Shown here: positions 24,997 through 32,000 of the stretch, one piece after another
Numbering within the stretch: the stretch's first letter is position 1
Layout: every line of letters begins with the position of its first letter
NCBI GenBank assembly: GCA_965231035.1
Contig: OZ246409.1
Span: 61,101-93,100, forward strand
Length of the DNA stretch: 32,000 bases
Direction: 5' to 3'
Source: an uncultured Muribaculaceae bacterium
Lineage (GTDB): Bacteria > Pseudomonadota > Alphaproteobacteria > Rs-D84
Position numbers and translations under genes: made by a program
The notes under the pieces: generated by a model
What the model saw: only the letters and a program-made list of their open reading frames with translations
Database searches by the model: none
What the model was told of the DNA's origin: nothing

Positions 24997-26754
24997 TTAT
25001 ATTCTCACTCCGAACCCGATTTTCTTTGATAAGCCAGCAGATTTACGTAATGACAACAAAGAATCAATTTTTGTATTATCAAATTCTGTTTTGACATCTT
25101 CGCCATTGTTTTCCAACAATGTTCTGCGCAGCAATGCTGTTATTTCGCGTTGCAGTTCACGAACACCTTGTTCACTGGTATAATTGCGAATTATGTGACG
25201 AATTGATTCATCAGAAATAATAATATTTTCAGTGTTCCAACCAGTTCCTTTTGCGGCACGTTCAACCAAATGTTCGCGTGCAATTCTGATTTTTTCATCT
25301 TCGGTATAGCCTGGGATTTCAATAATTTCCATACGATCTTTTAATGCACTGGACATATTCAAGCTGTTTGCTGTTGCAATAAACAAAATATTAGACAGGT
25401 CAAAGTCAACTTCCAAATAATGATCGCGGAAATTCTTGTTCTGTTCTGGATCCAATATTTCCAACAAAGCAGATTCAGGATCACCACGATGGTCGCGACC
25501 AATTTTATCAATTTCGTCCAAAACAATTACAGGGTTGTCAGATTTGCAACGTTTTAAAGCGTCCATTATTCGACCAGGTTGTGAGCCGATGTATGTTTTG
25601 CGGTGTCCACGAAAGTGTGCTTCGTCTGAAATACCACCTAAAGAAATTCTTTGATATTTACGTCCTAATGCACTGGCAATAGATTTGCCCAGTGAAGTTT
25701 TTCCAACACCTGGTGCACCAACAAAACACAAAATACTGCCAGCATTAGTATTAGTTTTACGCATAACAGCAATGTGTTCCAAAATTCTTTCTTTGACAGA
25801 TTGCATACCTGTATGTTCAGAATCCAAAACATCCTTGGCCAGGTTTAAATCAATTTTACCTTTGTCTGATTTTCCCCAAGGCATTGATAACAATTCATCT
25901 AAATAAGTTTTTATTAATCCGCCTTCGTTTGACATAGGCGAAACACCACGCATACGGCGTAATTCTGACATCGCTTTATCTTTGGCATCAGAATGCATAT
26001 TTGATTTTTCAATACGAATACGAAGATTTTCTGAATCCATTTCTTCGGAATCTTCACCCATTTCTTTTTGAATTGCGCGAAGTTTTTCCTGTAAAATAGC
26101 ATCCCTGCGGCCACCTTCCAGTTGTTGATGTATACGGCGATTTATTGAATCTTCGATTTTTGCAGTTTCCAGAATCAAATTTACCTGTTCCAAAAGCATC
26201 ATTAATTTATCGCGCCAACTAGTCGCGGATAAAATCTTAACAGCAACCTCGGTATCCAAATTTGCCATCTGAATTACAGAATCAACAAAAGCAGGTAATG
26301 GGTAATTCTGCATAACTGCACGTAATTTATCCATTTTAAACTTTTTAACAATAGATAAATCTTGCATATTTTCTGCAATTTTATCACGCAATGCGAATGT
26401 CTGATCGAATTCAGAATCATTCAAGAGTTCAATAGGGTCAGCAAGACCCATAAATATTCCCTTTTCAACAGATATATCAGAAATATTGACAGCACCGGTG
26501 GTCTTAATAATTGAATGAACGGCACCATCAGGCATGCGCAAAACCTGGACAACATCACCCAATGTTCCAATATTAAAAATGTCATCTGGGTTTGTTGGAT
26601 AATTCCAAATATGCTGGGCAGCCAAAATTATTTTTTGATTTGCGGTCATTGCAGCCTCGACACAGGCAATCGACATTGGATTATCAATATAGATTGGCAC
26701 TGTCAGTCCGGGGTGAACAACCAAATCGCGAAGAGGTAAAATATATTCTTTCAT
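24997..26754 (-). CDS. lon: Lon-like AAA+ ATPase: Lon N-domain and AAA+ module, no S16 protease domain
   Basis: N-terminus YILPLRDLVVHPGLTVPIYI. Walker A GAPGVGKTS, Walker B VIVLDEIDK, sensor-1 FIATAN, DRMEIIEIPGYT and sensor-2 GVRELQR. Ends at residue 585 (..KKIGFGVRI-stop), where the protease domain normally begins. Confidence 0.85.
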   Translation of the reverse strand: MKEYILPLRDLVVHPGLTVPIYIDNPMSIACVEAAMTANQKIILAAQHIWNYPTNPDDIFNIGTLGDVVQVLRMPDGAVHSIIKTTGAVNISDISVEKGIFMGLADPIELLNDSEFDQTFALRDKIAENMQDLSIVKKFKMDKLRAVMQNYPLPAFVDSVIQMANLDTEVAVKILSATSWRDKLMMLLEQVNLILETAKIEDSINRRIHQQLEGGRRDAILQEKLRAIQKEMGEDSEEMDSENLRIRIEKSNMHSDAKDKAMSELRRMRGVSPMSNEGGLIKTYLDELLSMPWGKSDKGKIDLNLAKDVLDSEHTGMQSVKERILEHIAVMRKTNTNAGSILCFVGAPGVGKTSLGKSIASALGRKYQRISLGGISDEAHFRGHRKTYIGSQPGRIMDALKRCKSDNPVIVLDEIDKIGRDHRGDPESALLEILDPEQNKNFRDHYLEVDFDLSNILFIATANSLNMSSALKDRMEIIEIPGYTEDEKIRIAREHLVERAAKGTGWNTENIIISDESIRHIIRNYTSEQGVRELQREITALLRRTLLENNGEDVKTEFDNTKIDSLLSLRKSAGLSKKIGFGVRI

Positions 26755-26798
26755 GGCGATGTTAATATAAGGCTTTTTAAAAGTTTTTCAAGATAATT

Positions 26799-26821
26799 AA
26801 AAATCCGCCAAATGGCGGATT
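26799..26821. terminator. intrinsic terminator (AAAAATCCGCC-AAAT-GGCGGATT)
   Basis: Lies 4 nt downstream of the stop of the minus-strand small membrane gene. The T-run is on the minus strand. Confidence 0.65.
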
Positions 26822-26824
26822 GTA

Positions 26825-27061
26825 TTAACGACGGTGTCCGCCATTGTAACCATTATATTGTGCACTATTGCTTGATTTTTTTGAAAGATAACGTGCAGCA
26901 ATCAAAATCAGCCATTCTAATGATAAAACAGCCAAAGCAAGTAATTTTAAATCCATACTGTCACTCATCCAACCCAAAATATAAACCAATTGTCCAACAA
27001 ATGAAATATACAAGATGCCGAATACGCCTGTGAAAAATATTTTTTTGATTTTTCCGAACAT
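26825..27061 (-). CDS. small membrane protein (78 aa, two TM helices)
   Basis: ATG 27061 with AAGGA RBS 7 nt upstream. FFTGVFGILYISFVGQLVYILGW and LLALAVLSLEWLILIAA. The track's longer N-terminus runs into the tmRNA gene and is rejected. Confidence 0.5.
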   Translation of the reverse strand: MFGKIKKIFFTGVFGILYISFVGQLVYILGWMSDSMDLKLLALAVLSLEWLILIAARYLSKKSSNSAQYNGYNGGHRR

Positions 27062-27083
27062 TTTTGTGTCCTTATTGTTAATT

Positions 27084-27311
27084 AAAAATTGCCCATCTTC
27101 TGGTGCCAGGTGATGGGCGACCCCGCAAAAGCTTAAGACACCACCAACAATTGTCGGCATTGTGTCAAACGCCAATTAGGCAGCTAATGCAACGCGAACG
27201 TTGTCGTTCGCAGCGATATTTTCGCCATTCAGTTTTTAACGGTTTTTTACGACACCATGTCGGATTCACTCGATTTGCTTTTATTTCGTCTGTCGAAACT
27301 ATGTCAGCCCC
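27084..27311 (-). ncRNA. ssrA: tmRNA coding piece (5' acceptor strand GGGGCUG with the G3:U pair, UUCGAC element, tag ORF, 3' hairpin)
   Basis: GGGGCTG pairs with CAGCTCC to give the G:U alanine identity pair. The tag ORF lies about 100 nt downstream. The 3' hairpin is GCCCATC..GATGGGC. Confidence 0.8.
27176..27211 (-). other. tmRNA tag reading frame encoding ANDNVRVALAA-stop
   Basis: Direct translation of the minus strand. An AND start and ALAA-TAA end match the canonical proteolysis-tag pattern. An additional in-frame GCT (27212-27214) could be the resume codon instead. Confidence 0.85.
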
Positions 27312-27315
27312 GTAA

Positions 27316-28452
<1,137 letters not shown>

Positions 28453-28938
28453 ATGCGCCCAAAAAACCCCCTGTCAGAATTAACAGATGAACAAAAATTC
28501 ATAAAGTTTGCAGAAGATATAAAAAAACGAGGTATGTTTGCCTATACTATCGATGGAGGATTGTATTTAGAAGATCAGATTCCGCAGAATGTTGATTTCA
28601 TTGGTGGCTTATGGCGTGTACAAAATAGATTTAATCACAAAATAACTAAAATCCATGATAAAGAATTTGTTATTGGTGAAAAAATTGAACGTTCTAAATT
28701 ACCCAAAGAAGAAATCCCAATTTTCGATTATTATACGGCTGCAACATTGGGATTAAATTGTTATGGGTATATTCTGGGTGAATTTAATCATATTGTTGCT
28801 AATTGCGGGAACATATGGGCATATGGAAAAGATATTGCAATGGCCAGGTCAAAGTTATCTGGAAAAGTAATGGATTTAATAATGAAGAATCCGATAATGT
28901 CCCAGAAAATACTAAAAGAGATGTCAAATATAAAATAA
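28453..28938 (+). CDS. hypothetical protein, 161 aa
   Basis: The ATG immediately abuts the obg stop (TAA-ATG). The ORF is intact and a terminator follows. No family recognised. Confidence 0.5.
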   Translation: MRPKNPLSELTDEQKFIKFAEDIKKRGMFAYTIDGGLYLEDQIPQNVDFIGGLWRVQNRFNHKITKIHDKEFVIGEKIERSKLPKEEIPIFDYYTAATLGLNCYGYILGEFNHIVANCGNIWAYGKDIAMARSKLSGKVMDLIMKNPIMSQKILKEMSNIK

Positions 28939-28940
28939 CA

Positions 28941-28968
28941 ATCGACCCGTTTGGGTCGATTTATTTTT
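28941..28968 (+). terminator. intrinsic terminator
   Basis: ATCGACCC-GTTT-GGGTCGAT followed by TTATTTTT. Confidence 0.7.
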
Positions 28969-29020
28969 GATTTTGATGTTTTTTGTGGTAAAATTCATCC
29001 GTGATTAAAAAGGAGAAAAA

Positions 29021-29647
29021 ATGTCAGTACCAAAATTAAAAGGTTCACAGACTGAAAAAAATCTGTTGATTGCTTTTGCCGGTGAATCACAGGCACGTAA
29101 TCGTTATGGCTTTTTTGCATCTGCTGCGACCAAAGAAGGTTTCGAGGCTATTGGAAAAATATTTACAGAAACCGCAGAACAAGAACGCGAACACGCTTCA
29201 CGTTTGTTTAAGTTCCTGGAAGGTGGCGATATTGAAATCACAGCTTCATTCCCAGCAGGCAAGGTTGGAACAACTTTGGAAAACCTGAAAGCAGCTGCAT
29301 TCGGTGAAAATTATGAAAATACAGAAATGTACCCAAAATTTGCAGAAATTGCAGCCAAAGAAGGTTTTTTAGCAATTGCTGATGTATTGAAACATATTGG
29401 TTATGCAGAACGTTATCATGAATCACGCTATCGTGCTTTGATTGATGCAATTGAAAAAGGCACTTTGTTCAAACAAGATAAAATTGTTATGTGGCGTTGC
29501 ACAAATTGTGGTAATTGGGAAATTGGTAAAGAAGCACCAAAAGTTTGCCCAGCTTGCTTACATCCCCAAGGTTATTTTATCAGTGAAGGTACAACTTCTA
29601 GATGTAATACCAAGGAAGGTTTTTGCGAGTACGCAGAAAGAGATTAA
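29021..29647 (+). CDS. rbr: rubrerythrin
   Basis: TEKNLLIAFAGESQARNRY, EQEREHA and ERYHESRY di-iron four-helix-bundle motifs. C-terminal rubredoxin-like WRCTNCG...CPAC. AAAGGAGA RBS upstream. Extra 21-aa C-terminal tail containing 2 Cys. Confidence 0.9.
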   Translation: MSVPKLKGSQTEKNLLIAFAGESQARNRYGFFASAATKEGFEAIGKIFTETAEQEREHASRLFKFLEGGDIEITASFPAGKVGTTLENLKAAAFGENYENTEMYPKFAEIAAKEGFLAIADVLKHIGYAERYHESRYRALIDAIEKGTLFKQDKIVMWRCTNCGNWEIGKEAPKVCPACLHPQGYFISEGTTSRCNTKEGFCEYAERD

Positions 29648-29650
29648 ATC

Positions 29651-29676
29651 AAAAATCCGCCATTGGCGGATTTTTT
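29651..29676. terminator. bidirectional intrinsic terminator (AAAAATCCGCC-ATT-GGCGGATTTTTT)
   Basis: Perfect inverted arms between the convergent rbr and PNPOx-like genes. Confidence 0.72.
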
Positions 29677-30097
29677 AAATCTTTCCAGTTTTTAATTCCA
29701 TACCTGCATAGAATTTATATTCTTTTGGTACGAAATGCAGTAAAGCATAATTTTTATCTTCTGCACCAGAATATCCATAAACTTTGTAATCATCACGCCA
29801 ATATTTTGTCTTTTCGTTTTGGTCGTCAATGATTTCAATTTTGCCAAATAAACGAACTGCATGGCGATTTGCTGGATTAAAATAATACAGGCAGCAATTA
29901 GAATTCTTTTGAAGTTGTGCAAACTTCGGGGACATTTTATTTGTCATAAAATGCAAATTCAAATCTGTGGCATTTGAATTCATGGCATTCATAATATGAC
30001 GTGTTTCAGGATATGTTTCCAAAGCAAAAGTGCACAACTGTAATGAATCACAAGATTTGATTATTTCCAGAATCGATTGTTTTATTTCATTGTTCAT
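29675..30097 (-). CDS. pyridoxamine 5'-phosphate oxidase family (general-stress-protein-26-like) flavoprotein
   Basis: Start at ATG 30097 with GGAGGA RBS 5 nt upstream. LQLCTF...RHIMNA...LHFMTNKMSPKFAQLQKNSNCCLYY...VRLFGKIEII layout is typical of the split-barrel family. Confidence 0.68.
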   Translation of the reverse strand: MNNEIKQSILEIIKSCDSLQLCTFALETYPETRHIMNAMNSNATDLNLHFMTNKMSPKFAQLQKNSNCCLYYFNPANRHAVRLFGKIEIIDDQNEKTKYWRDDYKVYGYSGAEDKNYALLHFVPKEYKFYAGMELKTGKI

Positions 30098-30563
30098 TTT
30101 TATCCTCCATTTTATCAAGTGCTTTATCTAGTTTATAAAGAGAACTGTTTGCACATCCGCGTCCGCGCCAAGACATAATTTCTTCACCGCTTCTTTGGTC
30201 TGCAATAGAAACGTTAAAATTCCACCACCAAAATCCATTAAATACGCACCATATTGGCATAAACCATTCGCGGCGTTCGGAAACACGTACAACATAACGC
30301 GCACCCATCGTATTTGCCGCATCTACATTAACCAATCCATCTTCTGTAAAGCTTTCTATGCTGACACTGTTTGTTGCTTTGCCAACCATAACCTTGTATC
30401 CGCGTTCTTCCATTCTTTCTTTGATACTGCGACGCATAGAATAACCGCCACGATCTGCAAATACTGTTTCATTTTTATCCAAGGTCCCAGGCTTGATATA
30501 CATGCTGTTGCACCCAGCCAAGGTAAAGCAAAATAAAATTGATAATAATAAGCCTGTTTTCAT
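30087..30563 (-). CDS. hypothetical lipoprotein
   Basis: Signal peptide with lipobox MKTGLLLSILFCFTLAGC. AGAGGA RBS upstream. Overlaps the downstream gene by 11 nt. Confidence 0.62.
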   Translation of the reverse strand: MKTGLLLSILFCFTLAGCNSMYIKPGTLDKNETVFADRGGYSMRRSIKERMEERGYKVMVGKATNSVSIESFTEDGLVNVDAANTMGARYVVRVSERREWFMPIWCVFNGFWWWNFNVSIADQRSGEEIMSWRGRGCANSSLYKLDKALDKMEDKNEQ

Positions 30564-30701
30564 AATACATCCTCTTGGGAATTTATTCTACAAAATAGGC
30601 TTTGATTAATTCAAGTAAATAAAAATTGACGGAATAACATTTGTAAATATAGGAAAACTTTGCTATAATATACATCAATAAAGTAAAGGAGTCTCGAATA
30701 A

Positions 30702-31802
30702 ATGTCAGTTCCTGAACAGAATAACGTGTCGTCAGTTATAAATAATTTCAGTCGATATGGGGAAGCCTTTTACAAATTTGCAGAAGCTTTTTATAATTAT
30801 AAATTTTCTTACGAACTTGTTTTTTCTCAGCTTGGATCAATTTCCAGCACGCTAAAAGGGGCAAGACCTGGTAAATCTGGTGATTTACAAAATAATATAA
30901 AAGAAGCTCAATTTAATAATCTTGTAAATATTGGAAATTTTATAAAAACTTTGGAATTTAACATGAGCAATATAGCTTATGGTAAGACCAGAATTTCAAA
31001 TACGGAAATTCCAGAAAAAAATAAAATATTAATGAATAACATTTCAAAAGAAGATTTGCTGGGATTTCCACATGGATGGAACGAACATATCCACAATGAG
31101 TTTAAAACAGATATAAAAAGACAAAAAGTTGATAAAAATTCAGGTATTGTTAACTGGGATGTTTTGTTTGCAAAACTGCTGGATATCGATAATTATGGAT
31201 TACAGGGTATTTTTAATAGAACTGTGATGGAATATGACATGGATCTAGAATTGTATAACTATGGCGAATTACTTGGAGGCACAGTTTTTTCAAATAGCGA
31301 AAAGTTTGCCAAATACAGAGAAGATTGTTCAAATGTTTTTAATAACACACCAAAGGCAGCTATGCGCGAAATACACAGGGCCGAGTATATTATCATGCAC
31401 ACATCTTGTGCAAACCGTCTATCTTATTTAACAAACAGATTTCATAATAATAACCTGATGCGGAACAAGGTTGAAAATACCATGAACGCAAGACAAATAA
31501 ATATGGGCGAAGCACAAAAACCAAAACCAGAACCAAAAATCATAGATTCAATAAACGATATAACTACTTGGTTAAAGACTGTTGATCTTCCTTCGAATGA
31601 TGAGTTTTTAGTAAAAGAGTCCATTAACGATTTTAATTGTTTATTACAATATTTAGAAGACGGGGATAAAATTGAAAGTTGGCCTCAATTTTTCCAAAAT
31701 TCTGCTAATCTGGCATTTATGTCCTTGGCTATGACATCCGAAGCCCGAAAAAGAGATAAAAAGATAATTGAAATGATAAAAGAAAAATTTCAAGTAAGAT
31801 AA
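30702..31802 (+). CDS. hypothetical protein, 366 aa
   Basis: AAGGAG RBS and an upstream TGCTATAAT extended -10. The ORF is intact and a terminator follows. No family recognised. Confidence 0.55.
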   Translation: MSVPEQNNVSSVINNFSRYGEAFYKFAEAFYNYKFSYELVFSQLGSISSTLKGARPGKSGDLQNNIKEAQFNNLVNIGNFIKTLEFNMSNIAYGKTRISNTEIPEKNKILMNNISKEDLLGFPHGWNEHIHNEFKTDIKRQKVDKNSGIVNWDVLFAKLLDIDNYGLQGIFNRTVMEYDMDLELYNYGELLGGTVFSNSEKFAKYREDCSNVFNNTPKAAMREIHRAEYIIMHTSCANRLSYLTNRFHNNNLMRNKVENTMNARQINMGEAQKPKPEPKIIDSINDITTWLKTVDLPSNDEFLVKESINDFNCLLQYLEDGDKIESWPQFFQNSANLAFMSLAMTSEARKRDKKIIEMIKEKFQVR

Positions 31803-31806
31803 AAAT

Positions 31807-31832
31807 ACCCGCAGAAATGCGGGTTTTATTTT
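31807..31832. terminator. bidirectional intrinsic terminator
   Basis: ACCCGCA-GAAA-TGCGGGT followed by TTTATTTT. Sits between the 366-aa gene (+) and tRNA-Arg (-). Confidence 0.7.
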
Positions 31833-31908
31833 GGTGCACCCGACAAGAGTCGAACTTGTAATCTCTGCCTTCGGAGGGCAGCGCTTTATCCAGTTAAGCC
31901 ACGGGTGC
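31832..31908 (-). tRNA. tRNA-Arg (anticodon CCG), CCA encoded
   Basis: GCACCCG/CGGGTGC acceptor. Anticodon arm CTGCC-CTCCGAA-GGCAG, T-arm ACAAG-TTCGACT-CTTGT, then ACCA. Confidence 0.92.
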
Positions 31909-31924
31909 ATTTCCGAATTATATT

Positions 31925-32000
31925 TTATTTTGCCAACATTGCCAGCATAAAGTCGTCCAAGTCGCCATCTAATACCGCATCTGAATCTGTTTTTTCTACA
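31925..32000 (-). CDS. 3' end of an unidentified gene (C-terminus ..VEKTDSDAVLDGDLDDFMLAMLAK-stop), truncated by the window edge
   Basis: Open minus-strand frame from the window edge to TAA at 31927-31925. Too short to assign. Confidence 0.3.
   Translation of the reverse strand, partial: VEKTDSDAVLDGDLDDFMLAMLAK

Overview
AT-rich, gene-dense bacterial chromosomal segment with no transposase, integrase or CRISPR array. A circularly permuted two-piece tmRNA gene (tag ANDNVRVALAA) and the form of rpoZ, HU and dac point to a reduced Alphaproteobacterium. That assignment, and a host-associated or anaerobe-leaning lifestyle suggested by rubrerythrin and many orphan genes, are inference. Recognisable housekeeping genes are rnj, alaS, a GT-A-like glycosyltransferase, hup, smpB, tatD, holB, a PBP5/6-type carboxypeptidase, mtaB, rpoZ, a stand-alone 5'-3' exonuclease, a BaiN/HI0933-type flavoprotein, a Pif1-family helicase, a YkgJ-type Cys-cluster protein, rimI, tsaB, lon, obg, rubrerythrin and two PNPOx-like proteins. 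RNA genes are tRNA-Ser(GGA), tRNA-Met/Ile2(CAU), tRNA-Arg(CCG) and ssrA. Most worth a second look: (1) a 1661-aa secreted, extremely Cys-rich mosaic protein that combines Flg_new/InlB-B-type modules with eukaryote-like CxxC..G.Y repeats and contains three perfectly identical 180-bp tandem units. (2) The permuted tmRNA, whose T-loop reads GGCGGUA instead of UUCRANU. (3) An AlaRS that lacks the whole C-Ala domain. (4) A Lon with intact N and AAA+ modules but no protease domain, followed in a tightly coupled operon by orphan genes interleaved with tsaB and rimI. (5) A chimeric histone-tail / Cys-cluster / TM / EF-hand protein next to HU. All family calls were made by eye from motifs, and no database search was run.
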